DNA of 40,640 bases from Gaiellaceae bacterium. GTDB lineage: Bacteria; Actinomycetota; Thermoleophilia; Gaiellales; Gaiellaceae. This document shows positions 7,939-18,368 of this stretch, one piece after another. The translations under genes and the position numbers were made by a program. The first letter of the stretch is position 1; the number at the start of each line of letters is the position of its first letter. Location: contig DATEPQ010000037.1 in the NCBI GenBank assembly GCA_035273125.1, forward strand, positions 1-40,640, in the 5' to 3' direction. Under the pieces are notes generated by a model. The model was not told the DNA's origin and did no database searches. It saw only the letters and a list, made by a program, of their open reading frames with translations.

Positions 7939-10454
7939 AGGCCGTAGTCATGGCCGGGGGAGAGGGCACGCGCCTGCGGCCCCTGACCTCGAACCAGCCC
8001 AAGCCGATGGTGCCGATCGTCGGCAAGCCGTGCATGGAGCACATCGTCGAGCTGCTCAGGCGGCACGGGTTCGAGGACGTGATCGTCACCGTCGCCTTCC
8101 TCCCGCAGGCGATCCGGAGCTACTTCGGCAACGGCGAGACGCTGGGCGTGGACATCGGCTACTCGGTGGAGGAGTCGCCACTCGGCACCGCCGGCTCGGT
8201 CAAGCGCGCGGCGGGCAGGCTCGACGACACGTTCCTCGTCATCTCCGGCGACGCTCTCTGCGACGTGGACCTGACGGGGCTCGTCGCGGCGCACCGCGAG
8301 AAGGGAGCCTCCGTGACGATCGGGCTCAAGTCGGTCGAGAACCCACTCGAGTTCGGGATCGTCGTCACCGACGAGGACGGGCGGGTCGAGCGCTTCCTCG
8401 AGAAGCCCTCCTGGGGCCAGGTCTTCTCCGACACGATCAACACCGGGATCTACGTGCTCGAGCCGGAGGTGCTGAAGCACATCCCGCAGGACCGGCCGTA
8501 CGACTTCTCCAAAGAGCTCTTTCCGCTGCTCCTCGAGATGGGGCGCCCGATTTACGGGCACGTCTTCGACGGCTACTGGCAGGACATCGGCAACCTCGAC
8601 CAGTACCGGCAGGCGAACTTCGACGCGCTCGACGAGAGCGTGCAACTCGAGATCGACGGGATCCGGATCCGGGGCAACGTCTGGCTGGGGGACGGGGTGG
8701 ACCTCGACGACCTCGATGCGATCGAGGGGCCGGCGTACCTCGGCAACTACTGCCGGATCGCGCGGGGCGCGCACGTCGGCCCCTACACCGTGCTCTCGAG
8801 CAGCGTCACGCTCCGCGAGCGGGGCCGCGTCGTCCGCTCGATCGTCGACACCTCCACCTACATCGGCCGCAGCACCGACGTGGTGGGCGCGATCATCGGC
8901 CGCAACTGCGACCTCCGCGCCCACGTTCGCGTGCACGAGGCCGCCGCGATCGGCGACGAGGTCACGGTCGGCTCCGAGAGCGTGATCCTGCCCGGCGTCC
9001 GGATCTACCCCTTCAAGGAGGTCGAGACCGGCTCGACGCTGCACGAGAGCCTGATCTGGGAGTCGCGGGGCACGACGCGTGTCTTCGGCAAGACCGGGGT
9101 CGCGGGGATGGTGAACGTCGATCTCACCCCGGACGTCGCAGTGCGGCTCGCGGCGGCGCTCGGTACCGCTCTGAAGCGCGGCCAGCGCGTCGTGGCGAGC
9201 CGCGAGGGGGCCGCCGCCTGCCGGATGATCAAGCGGGCGATGATCTCCGGAATCTCGTCGACGGGAGTCCACGTCGCCGATCTCCGCGTCAGCCCGGCCG
9301 CCGTCGCCCGCCATCTCGTGAAGGCGGAGGCGCACGACGCCGGGTTCCACGTGGGCGTCAGCCCGAACGACCCGGAGGTGATCCGGATCCAGTTCTTCGA
9401 GCCGCCCGGAGTCGAGATGAGCGCGGCGATGCAGAAGGAGGTCGAGAAGCATTTCACGCGCGGCGAGTTCCGGCGCGTCGCCGCCAGCGAGGTCGGCGGC
9501 ATCTCGTATCCGGCCCGCGTACGCGAGACGTATGCGGCCGAGCTGCTCTCGACGATCGACGCCGACGCAGTGCGCGACCGCCGCTTCCGCATCGTCGTCG
9601 ACTATGGCTTCTCCGGCGCCTCGTACGTGCTGCCGCTCGTGCTCGGCCCGCTCGGGGTGGAGGTCGTCGCCGCTCATGCGTTCACGGGGGAGGGGCCGGA
9701 CTACGCGGACGCAGCCCCGGGACTTGCTGCGTCGATCGGTCAGACCAAGCGGCTCGTACCCGTGGTGGGCGCGGATCTCGGCGCGGTCTTCGACCGCTCG
9801 GCCGAGCGGCTTCACCTGATCGACGAGCAGGCGCGCGAGGTCCCGGTCGAGCAGGCGCTCCTGCTCTTCCTCCGCCTGCTCGGCTCGGACGGACGCCGCG
9901 GGAAGCTCGCCTTCCCGGTGACCGTGACGAGCCAGGTCGAGCGACTCGTCGAGCACTCCGAGCTCGAGGTGGTGCGCACGCCGACGTCGCTGCCCGAGCT
10001 GACGCGGGCCGCGGCCGAAGGGGACGTGGTCTTCGCGGGCGCGGTGGGCGGCGGCTACGTCTTCCCCGAGTTCCTGCCCGGGTACGACGCGGTCGCGAGC
10101 CTCGCGAAACTGCTCGAGCTGCTCGCTCCCGTCAACCGCCCGCTGTCGGAGCTGGTGGCCGAGCTGCCGCAGCCCACCCTCGTCCACCACCAGGTGCCGT
10201 GCCCGTGGGCGCTGAAGGGGCTCGTCATGCGTGTGCTGAACGAGCGCCTGGCGGGACGCGACGTCGACCTCACCGACGGGATCAAGCTCTTCGACGAGCG
10301 CGGTTGGGCGCAGGTGCTGCCGGATCCGGACGAGCCACTCCTCCACCTGTACGCCGAGGGCGAGACGCGGGAGCAGTCGGACGAGCTCGCGCGCGAGCTC
10401 CGGGCACTCGTGGACGAGATCGAGCAGGGAGAGGCGGCCGCGACCCGCACGTAG
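7935..10454 (+). CDS. Fusion protein: sugar-1-phosphate (mannose-1-P) nucleotidyltransferase, left-handed beta-helix, and phosphohexomutase-like domain
   Basis: ATG 7935 overlaps the pgsA stop (ATGA). N-terminus [27 protein letters not shown] (G-x-G-T-R-x-PLT-x-PKP). Hexapeptide-repeat middle section. The C-terminal half aligns to the PMM/PGM four-domain fold. Confidence 0.85.
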   Translation: MKAVVMAGGEGTRLRPLTSNQPKPMVPIVGKPCMEHIVELLRRHGFEDVIVTVAFLPQAIRSYFGNGETLGVDIGYSVEESPLGTAGSVKRAAGRLDDTFLVISGDALCDVDLTGLVAAHREKGASVTIGLKSVENPLEFGIVVTDEDGRVERFLEKPSWGQVFSDTINTGIYVLEPEVLKHIPQDRPYDFSKELFPLLLEMGRPIYGHVFDGYWQDIGNLDQYRQANFDALDESVQLEIDGIRIRGNVWLGDGVDLDDLDAIEGPAYLGNYCRIARGAHVGPYTVLSSSVTLRERGRVVRSIVDTSTYIGRSTDVVGAIIGRNCDLRAHVRVHEAAAIGDEVTVGSESVILPGVRIYPFKEVETGSTLHESLIWESRGTTRVFGKTGVAGMVNVDLTPDVAVRLAAALGTALKRGQRVVASREGAAACRMIKRAMISGISSTGVHVADLRVSPAAVARHLVKAEAHDAGFHVGVSPNDPEVIRIQFFEPPGVEMSAAMQKEVEKHFTRGEFRRVAASEVGGISYPARVRETYAAELLSTIDADAVRDRRFRIVVDYGFSGASYVLPLVLGPLGVEVVAAHAFTGEGPDYADAAPGLAASIGQTKRLVPVVGADLGAVFDRSAERLHLIDEQAREVPVEQALLLFLRLLGSDGRRGKLAFPVTVTSQVERLVEHSELEVVRTPTSLPELTRAAAEGDVVFAGAVGGGYVFPEFLPGYDAVASLAKLLELLAPVNRPLSELVAELPQPTLVHHQVPCPWALKGLVMRVLNERLAGRDVDLTDGIKLFDERGWAQVLPDPDEPLLHLYAEGETREQSDELARELRALVDEIEQGEAAATRT

Positions 10455-10519
10455 CGGTCTTTTGCCCTTCCCGAACGCAAAGGCTAAAGTTCAGCTTCAC
10501 ACTCGACCGAAAGGGCCTG

Positions 10520-10762
10520 ATGGAACCGCTGCCGGATCTCGCGACACTGTCCGACGAGGACCTCAAGAAGCTCATCGACGAGCTCACGCGCGAGGAGCAG
10601 GAGGTGTCGTACCGCCGGCGGCTCCTGCACGGAAAGATCGACATCCTGCGCGCCGAGCTCGTGGCGCGGCTCCAGGAGACGCAGGGGAGGAGCGTCCTCG
10701 AGTCGGTCGACGTCGACTCGCTCACCGACATCCTCACCGGCAAGGCCGCCCCGCCGGCTTGA
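10520..10762 (+). CDS. Small coiled-coil protein with a single RsiG-type E-x3-S-x2-R-x3-(Q/H)-x3-D helix motif
   Basis: ATG 10520, 80 aa: MEPLPDLATLSDEDLKKLIDELTREEQEVSYRRRLLHGKIDILRAELVARL.. Motif residues are E26/S30/R33/H37/D41. Its stop overlaps the FHA gene start (TGATG). Confidence 0.55.
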   Translation: MEPLPDLATLSDEDLKKLIDELTREEQEVSYRRRLLHGKIDILRAELVARLQETQGRSVLESVDVDSLTDILTGKAAPPA

Positions 10763-11223
10763 TGGCGCACGTCTACTGCCCCGAGTGCGGGTACAACAAC
10801 CCGGAATCCGCCCACTTCTGCGCGAAGTGCGGTGCGGCGCTCGTCGTCCCCGAGGAGGGCGAGTCGACCGAGGCGTTCGCCGCTCCGGAGGTGCCCGAGA
10901 GCCTCGACCCGATCGACGATCTCGGCATCCACGGCGCGGCTCTCATCGTCCGCTCGGGCGGCGGGCGGTCCGGCGAGACCTTCCCCCTCGAGGACAGCCC
11001 GACCACGATCGGACGCTCGCCCGAGTGCGCGATCTTCCTCGACGACGTCACCGTGTCGCGCAAGCACGCCGTCTTCACGAAGGACGGCGAGCGCTGGAAG
11101 CTCGACGACCAGGGCAGCCTCAACGGCACCTTCGTCAACCGCGAACGGGTCGAGACGGCCGATCTGAGAGACGGCGACGAGCTCCAGATCGGCAAGTACC
11201 GGCTCACGTTCCTCCAGCGCTGA
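10762..11223 (+). CDS. Zinc-ribbon + FHA domain protein
   Basis: N-terminal CPECGYNNPESAHFCAKCG zinc ribbon. C-terminal FHA domain (TIGRSPECAIFLDDVTVSRKHAVF...GSLNGTFVNRERV...GDELQIGKYRLTF). Confidence 0.85.
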   Translation: MAHVYCPECGYNNPESAHFCAKCGAALVVPEEGESTEAFAAPEVPESLDPIDDLGIHGAALIVRSGGGRSGETFPLEDSPTTIGRSPECAIFLDDVTVSRKHAVFTKDGERWKLDDQGSLNGTFVNRERVETADLRDGDELQIGKYRLTFLQR

Positions 11224-11906
11224 TGTCGGCGACCGAAGCCCCCTCGCGCCGGCGCCTCCTCACGATCGGCACGGTCTGCAGCCGGCTCCAGAGCGAGTTT
11301 CCCGACGTCTCGATCTCGAAGATCCGGTACCTCGAGGATCAGGGGCTCCTCAATCCCAGGCGCACCCAGGGCGGCTACCGGCTCTTCTCGGAGGACGACG
11401 TCGAGCGGCTGGAGACGATCCTCCGTCTGCAGCGCGACGAGTTCCTGCCGCTGCGCGTGATCCGGCAGGAGCTCGAGGCGGGTGCCGGCAAGCAACGCCG
11501 GCGGCGGCGCAGTGCGGTCGACGTGGGGGAGGAGGAGCTCGATCTCGACGGGCTCTGCGAGCGCGCGGGCATCACCGCCCAGCGCGCCCGCGAGCTCGAG
11601 GAGTTCGGGTTGCTCGAGCCCCGCGTCGAGGACGGGCAGCGGATCTACGCGGAGAGCGAGGCGGAGATCGCCGCCGCGTGCGAGGCGCTCGCGCAGTTCG
11701 GAATCGGAGCGCGGAACCTGCGCGCCTTCCGCACGGCCGCCGATCGCGAGAGCAGCCTCCTCGAAGCCGTGATCGGGCCCGCCCTGCGCTCCCGCAGCGC
11801 CGACCGGCGGCAGGCCGCGCTCGGTGACCTGCAGCGACTCGCGCAGAGCGCCCAGGAGCTCGCCGACCTGCTCCTGCGCCGCAACGTCCGGCGCCTGGTC
11901 GAGTAG
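11223..11906 (+). CDS. MerR family transcriptional regulator (FtsR/Rv1828-like)
   Basis: MerR HTH: LTIGTVCSRLQSEFPDVSISKIRYLEDQGLLNPRRTQGGYRLFSEDDVERLETILRLQRDEFLPLRVI. Its start overlaps the FHA gene stop (TGATG). Confidence 0.85.
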   Translation: MSATEAPSRRRLLTIGTVCSRLQSEFPDVSISKIRYLEDQGLLNPRRTQGGYRLFSEDDVERLETILRLQRDEFLPLRVIRQELEAGAGKQRRRRRSAVDVGEEELDLDGLCERAGITAQRARELEEFGLLEPRVEDGQRIYAESEAEIAAACEALAQFGIGARNLRAFRTAADRESSLLEAVIGPALRSRSADRRQAALGDLQRLAQSAQELADLLLRRNVRRLVE

Positions 11907-11916
11907 CCTCGCCTGC

Positions 11917-12438
11917 GTGGCGGAGATCGATCTCACGACGCGCGTCCGCGAGGTCCCGGACTTTCCCGAGCCCGGCGTCGGCTTCAAGGACATCTCGCCC
12001 CTCCTCATCGACCCGCAAGCCCTGCAGCAGGCTGTCGGCGAGCTGGCGAAGTGGACGCGCGAGCGGGAGGCCGACCTCGTGCTCGGCGCCGAAGCCCGCG
12101 GGTTCTGGCTCGGAGCGGCGATCGCGGTGGAGGCAGGCTGCGGGTTCGTCGCGGCACGCCGGCCCGGCAAGCTCCCGCCGCAGACCGTTTCCGCCACCTA
12201 CGCGCTCGAGTACGGCCAGAACACCCTCGAGGTGGCGGCCGACGCCATCGGCGGCGGGGCGCGCGTCGTCATCCACGACGACGTTCTCGCAACCGGGGGG
12301 ACGGTGGAGGCCATCGCAGGTCTCGTCGAGCAGCTCGGCGGGACCGTGGTCGGCGTGAACTTCGTGATCGAGCTCTCGTTCCTCGGCGGCAGCAGCCGGC
12401 TCGAGCAGTACGACCTCTTCTCGCTGCTCACGTACTGA
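11917..12438 (+). CDS. apt: Adenine phosphoribosyltransferase
   Basis: From GTG 11917: ..VREVPDFPEPGVGFKDISPLL.. and the PRPP loop VVIHDDVLATGGT. Confidence 0.9.
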   Translation: MAEIDLTTRVREVPDFPEPGVGFKDISPLLIDPQALQQAVGELAKWTREREADLVLGAEARGFWLGAAIAVEAGCGFVAARRPGKLPPQTVSATYALEYGQNTLEVAADAIGGGARVVIHDDVLATGGTVEAIAGLVEQLGGTVVGVNFVIELSFLGGSSRLEQYDLFSLLTY

Positions 12439-12472
12439 CGCTCCGTCCGCCTCGGCCTCTACAACGTCCCCC

Positions 12473-13072
12473 ATGTACGACCCCCTCACGGGTCGCTACG
12501 CGTTCGCCTGTCCGGTGCGGGGCGAGACGCACGTCCTGTTGTCGGCGTTCCGCAGCATCGAGCAGCTCCCCGGCGCAGCGCACCCCGCCGTCTTCCGCGT
12601 CCGCTTCGACTGTGCCTGTGGGGAGGAGCACGACGGGCTCGTCACGCACGAGGAGCTCGACTGGGCCCCGCTCGGGCTCGGCGCCGGTGAGTTCCTCAAT
12701 CTCATGACCGCCCGCCTCGACCCGGTGGCCGCCGAGCTCGGCGAGCTGGCCGCGGGGTATATCCGGCAGGGAAAGTGGCCGTGGAGCTTCTTCTGCTACC
12801 CGGAGGAGCAGCCGCGTCCCGTCTTCCCGTCCTCGTTCTCGCTGCTCACGGCGACGGACGGGACGGTGGGCCTCGCCGTGCGCTGCCCGAGCTGTTGCCG
12901 GCTGTCGCTCAATCTCGTCTCGCACCCGCATGTGGATGTGCCGTTCCACCACGACCGGGAAATCGGGGTGCTGGAACACCTGTTCGCCGAGGATGCGCTC
13001 ACCACGCTCGAGGAGTTCCGGGCGGAACTGTGGTCGTCCTCGTTCGACGCACGCAGGCTTGCGCTCGAGTAA
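12473..13072 (+). CDS. Hypothetical Cys/His-rich protein
   Basis: 199-aa ORF with coding-like GC3. Contains CP..(33)..CxC and CPSCC..H.H..HH clusters. I recognise no family. Confidence 0.55.
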   Translation: MYDPLTGRYAFACPVRGETHVLLSAFRSIEQLPGAAHPAVFRVRFDCACGEEHDGLVTHEELDWAPLGLGAGEFLNLMTARLDPVAAELGELAAGYIRQGKWPWSFFCYPEEQPRPVFPSSFSLLTATDGTVGLAVRCPSCCRLSLNLVSHPHVDVPFHHDREIGVLEHLFAEDALTTLEEFRAELWSSSFDARRLALE

Positions 13073-13144
13073 ATCGGGTAGCCGCATCTCAAGGTGGGAC
13101 TGGGCCGTTCCACTGGCAACGGGCAACGGAACGAGGTGAAGAGA

Positions 13145-13762
13145 ATGCGCAGATACGGCATGTACGACGCGTCCCGCGGACTGACGCTCGCTCTCGCTGC
13201 GGCGCTGGCGGGCCTCGCACTCTGGGGCGCAACCCAGGTCGGGATGCAGACGACCGGACGCTTTTGGATCTCGATGGCGATCGTCGCCGGCGCCGGGCTG
13301 CTGATCGCGCTGGCGAACCACGTGGGGACGTGGACGAAGGGGCTCAGGCTGCGAATGTCGCCGGGGACGTTCGCCCTAGCGTTCCTGCCGGTGCTCGTAT
13401 GCGTCGGCTGGATCCTGATCGCGAACCAGCCCGGCAACGGGTGGCAGGAGGGGAGGCTCGACTCGTGGAGCAACTCGATCGGGATCCTCGGGCTCGTTCA
13501 CTCGATCGGCCTCTGGCACGGCGTCCTGGCGTTCGGGTTCGGCCTCATGCTCGGCCTCTCGTTCGACGGGGTCCCCGCTCCGGTGACCGAGGCTGAGCCG
13601 GCCTACGCAGGCCCGGCGCCGGCGGCCACCGGGCCGCGAGTGGCCGACGAGCCTGTCGCGGCCGAGCGACGCTACGCGACGACGCGTGGCCCGGCTCCGG
13701 CCGAGACTCCGACCGACGAGACCACGCAGACCCGCACCCGGACGCGGATCCCGTCTCGCTGA
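13145..13762 (+). CDS. Integral membrane protein (about 4 TM) with a Pro/Ala/Thr-rich C-terminal tail
   Basis: ATG 13145 is preceded by GAGGTGAAGAGA. Hydrophobic segments LTLALAAALAGLALW, ISMAIVAGAGLLIAL, FALAFLPVLVCVGWILI, GVLAFGFGLMLGL. Confidence 0.6.
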   Translation: MRRYGMYDASRGLTLALAAALAGLALWGATQVGMQTTGRFWISMAIVAGAGLLIALANHVGTWTKGLRLRMSPGTFALAFLPVLVCVGWILIANQPGNGWQEGRLDSWSNSIGILGLVHSIGLWHGVLAFGFGLMLGLSFDGVPAPVTEAEPAYAGPAPAATGPRVADEPVAAERRYATTRGPAPAETPTDETTQTRTRTRIPSR

Positions 13763-13772
13763 CGCAGATGCC

Positions 13773-13814
13773 GATCCGCGGCCGCCTCCCGAACGAGGGA
13801 GGTGGCCGCGGATC
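13773..13814. terminator. 18-bp GC-rich hairpin between convergent genes (possible bidirectional terminator; no U-tract)
   Basis: GATCCGCGGCCGCCTCCC - GAACGA - GGGAGGTGGCCGCGGATC. That is 17 Watson-Crick pairs plus one G:T. Confidence 0.4.
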
Positions 13815-14049
13815 CCTGCCGGGAGGGATCACGCTAAAGGGGTAGGTCCCCCGATAAACGCAATGGGATGAACGTCTCGGCCCAGCAGACGACTCATCGG
13901 GGGGCACGGCTCCTTGCGTTGCACCTCCAGAGCCTCGACCCGAAGGCGGTCCCCGCGCGGGATCGCCTCGACGCGGAGCTCGGCGACGAGCTCGCGCGCA
14001 AGCTCATCTTCGCGCTCGCGCCGCACAGCACCCGCCGGGCGGCGTAGGG

Positions 14050-14283
14050 CTAGGGCTGCCGCCGATTGGACCGGCGGCGGACCGGTGTGTCCTCGCCGCG
14101 GAGGCGCACGAGGAGCCAGATCCCGGCTAGCGATACCAGGGCGATCACGATCGCGGTCGCGCCGCTGGCGCCGACGGCAATGAGCCCGAAGTAGATGTAG
14201 ACGGCCAGCCCGATCGCCCAGATCAGGGCGATCACGCCCTGGTCGATGCTCGGCGGACGTGGCGGGCGGGGAGGAAACGGCAT
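14050..14283 (-). CDS. Small membrane protein (2 TM, Pro-rich N-terminus)
   Basis: Internal ATG 14283 of track ORF 14050..14466 gives MPFPPRPPRPPSIDQGVIALIWAIGLAVYIYFGLIAVGASGATAIVIALVSLAGIWLLVRLRGED.. The upstream part of the track ORF is Arg-rich and non-coding-looking. Confidence 0.5.
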   Translation of the reverse strand: MPFPPRPPRPPSIDQGVIALIWAIGLAVYIYFGLIAVGASGATAIVIALVSLAGIWLLVRLRGEDTPVRRRSNRRQP

Positions 14284-14536
14284 CGCGAGGCGATCGTAGT
14301 CGAGGCCGGATCCGCGCGCGCCGCAATGGGGCGGACCAAAAAATTCGCCGAGTCGGTCGCGGTTTCGTCCACAGCTCCGACTGACTTTCCGCTTCGGCCC
14401 TTGCGAGCCGCCCCGTACGGCCTTCCGGTGCTGCTTCGTCCTACTCCCGCGCCGTGCTCGGCGCAAGGGGGAATGTATGGCCTCTACGAACGTGCTGCAA
14501 GGGGTCGCGAGACGAAAAATGCCGCAATTTGCGAAC

Positions 14537-14597
14537 GTTGAATAATCAACATTTCCACAGCACTCTGTGCATCCTGTGGATAACCCGCCCGTAGTAT
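14537..14597 (+). promoter_or_regulatory. AT-rich promoter/operator candidate upstream of the alpha/beta hydrolase gene
   Basis: GTTGA-ATAA-TCAAC (14537-14550). CCACAG..CTGTG..CTGTGG nested inverted repeats (14555-14579). TAGTAT -10-like hexamer at 14592-14597, only 9 nt before the ATG. Confidence 0.3.
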
Positions 14598-14606
14598 CGC
14601 GCGGAG

Positions 14607-15329
14607 ATGACGAAGCTCGTTCGCGATGGCCTGGAACTGCGCTACGAGGTGCGGGGTGGGTCGGGCCCGGCGCTCTTGCTGCCCCAGTTGAACTTTTCCT
14701 GGTCGGATGTTCTCGATCTCGAGCCGCTCGTCGGGCGCTTCACGGTGATCACCGCGAGCCCACGCGGATTCGCGGGGAGTGGGAGGCTCGACGCGAATAC
14801 GCCCTATCGGGTCAGCAACCTGAGCGACGACCTCGTCGCCGTGGTACGGGCCGTGGGGTTCGAACGATTCTCCGTGTTCGGTTACTCGTTCACCGGCGCC
14901 TTCGCCCCGTGGCTCGCGCGCCTGACGGACAAGGTGGACGCTGGCGTGTCGGGCGGCTTTCCCATCGCCGGCGATTACGCATATCTCTACGCCGACATCC
15001 AGCATCGGACCGAGGTCGCGATGTCCGATCCCGCTGCGCGTGCTCACCTGGACGCCCACTTCGACAACCGAGCCGCGCTCGCCTTTTACCGTGAGCTCTC
15101 GGAGTTGCCAGCGGACGCCCTGATCGCCGATCTTCCATGCCCGCTATTTGCGTTCTGGGGTGACGAGGACGAGGAGATCGCGCTCGCAGGCGGGACGGAG
15201 AAGCTCGCTGCCGGTCTCGACCGCCACGGGCTGCAACACGTGTCCTTTCCCGGTCACGACCACGAGGGCATGCTCGCTCACATCGACGACGCCGTGCCCG
15301 CCGTGCTGGCGTGGCTCGACCAGCTCTAG
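14607..15329 (+). CDS. Alpha/beta hydrolase fold protein
   Basis: Nucleophile-elbow-like FGYSFTGAF, late acidic residue (WGDEDE) and C-terminal His (PGHDHEGML). 240 aa. Confidence 0.75.
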   Translation: MTKLVRDGLELRYEVRGGSGPALLLPQLNFSWSDVLDLEPLVGRFTVITASPRGFAGSGRLDANTPYRVSNLSDDLVAVVRAVGFERFSVFGYSFTGAFAPWLARLTDKVDAGVSGGFPIAGDYAYLYADIQHRTEVAMSDPAARAHLDAHFDNRAALAFYRELSELPADALIADLPCPLFAFWGDEDEEIALAGGTEKLAAGLDRHGLQHVSFPGHDHEGMLAHIDDAVPAVLAWLDQL

Positions 15330-15598
15330 CGCGTTCCGAGCGGGGAGGTGCTGCTCTTCGTACGGGCCTCTTCTTCTACTTGACATAACATCGTTTATCG
15401 TGCACTGGACTTGACCCGGCAGGGCGGCGCGTGTTTCGGTAGCTTGGCGACGCGGGAACAGCGTCCAGGGGAAGGCCGATTGAGGGGGATCCAGTAACCA
15501 CCGTCGAGATCGAGTCGATTCTCGCCACCGAGGAGCTCATCACGCTGCTCGAGGCCTCGGAGTCGAGCGGGCAGCTCCGGCAGGTCGAGCTGGTCGAG

Positions 15599-16573
<975 letters not shown>

Positions 16574-16577
16574 GCGG

Positions 16578-17450
<873 letters not shown>

Positions 17451-17458
17451 CGCGCCTA

Positions 17459-17509
17459 TATCGGCGAAGGGGGATTTTGCCTTTAGAAACCCCTAACCCC
17501 CTGCCGATA
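17459..17509. promoter_or_regulatory. Long interrupted inverted repeat just upstream of the group 2 sigma start codon
   Basis: TATCGGC-gaa-GGGGG-(23 nt)-CCCCC-t-GCCGATA. On the minus-strand mRNA the 3' arm ends 8 nt before ATG 17450. Confidence 0.35.
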
Positions 17510-17558
17510 CCGTCGGGAGGGACAAGTACGTTCAGAGAGAAAGCTTTTCGTAAAAGAC

Positions 17559-18362
17559 ATGTGCGGCATAGCTGGATACAGCCTTTCCCCTCGAAGCGGC
17601 GTCGACCGGACGCTTGCTGCGCAGGCGCTGCTGGCGGGGATCGCCGATCGCGGCGCGGACGCGGTCGGGTATGCGTATCGCGGCGGACAGGACGAGTATC
17701 CGGTCGTCACGAAGCAGCGGACGCCCGCGAGCAGGCTGCTCGACCGGATCAGCGTGCCGGCTCACGCGAACGAGCTCCTGATCCACGTCCGCGACTACAC
17801 GAAGGGCCATCCGTCGATTCCGGCCAACAACCACCCGGTCCGCCACGGCCCGGTGGTCGGCATCCACAACGGGATCATCCTCAACGACGACGAGCTGCTC
17901 GCCCCCCACTCCTGCGCGCGTGCCGAGCCGCGGATGACCGTCGACTCCGAGGCGATCTTCGCCCTCGCCGCGCACTCGCAGAACGATCCGCGTTCGCTCG
18001 AGTCGATCGGCGGCTCGATGGCGACCGCCTGGCTCGACGAGCGTGAGCCGGGAACGGTTTTCGTCGCCCGTGGCGTCGGCCGGCCGCTGTGGCTGGGCAA
18101 GGGCCGCGACGAGGTCTTCTTCGCGTCGACCCGGGCCGCGCTCGAGATCGCCTCCGAGTACACCGGTGTGCGGCTCCGGATGAGCGAGCTGCGCGACGGA
18201 ACGTTCCTCGCGCTGAGGGACGGCCGCGTCGCCCGGAATTGCCGCTTCCGCCCGGATCGCAGCTACGTCGAGGAGTCGGCGCTCCCCGCCGTCCGGGCAC
18301 CCGGCCAGAGCGCGTACTGCCTCGCACGCCTCGCGGTGATCGCGGCCGCCGCCGCGGCGTAG
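17559..18362 (+). CDS. Stand-alone class II (Ntn-type) glutamine amidotransferase domain protein
   Basis: N-terminal MCGIAGY (catalytic Cys2). Also ..HVR(x)..T.G....NNHP.. and ..GIHNGIILN.. motifs of the GATase_2 fold. No synthase domain is attached. Confidence 0.8.
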   Translation: MCGIAGYSLSPRSGVDRTLAAQALLAGIADRGADAVGYAYRGGQDEYPVVTKQRTPASRLLDRISVPAHANELLIHVRDYTKGHPSIPANNHPVRHGPVVGIHNGIILNDDELLAPHSCARAEPRMTVDSEAIFALAAHSQNDPRSLESIGGSMATAWLDEREPGTVFVARGVGRPLWLGKGRDEVFFASTRAALEIASEYTGVRLRMSELRDGTFLALRDGRVARNCRFRPDRSYVEESALPAVRAPGQSAYCLARLAVIAAAAAA

Positions 18363-18368
18363 ACAGAC

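Noticed and set aside
13829-14026. 65-aa minus-strand ORF from GTG 14026 (VRREREDELARELVAELRVEAIPRGDRLRVEALEVQRKEP...) downstream of the small membrane gene
   Set aside because: The first half has coding-like GC3, but there is no recognisable motif, a weak start context, and a non-coding-looking C-terminal third. That is not enough to call it a gene.
14421-14441. SRP (4.5S) RNA-like string GAAGCAGCACCGGAAGG on the minus strand
   Set aside because: The order of elements is wrong. In SRP domain IV the GGAA tetraloop precedes GGAAGCAGC. The flanking helices cannot form.
14440-14520. Possible 6C sRNA (two C-rich stretches, GACCCCUUGC and AUUCCCCCUUGC, on the minus strand)
   Set aside because: When folded by hand the C-runs fall in stems rather than in the hairpin loops that define 6C RNA.
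15378-15415. Direct repeat ACTTGAC (15378-15384 and 15409-15415) as tandem -35 boxes for the primary sigma gene
   Set aside because: I could not find a convincing -10 hexamer at 16-19 nt from either TTGAC. It is kept only as a note, and TSS mapping is needed.
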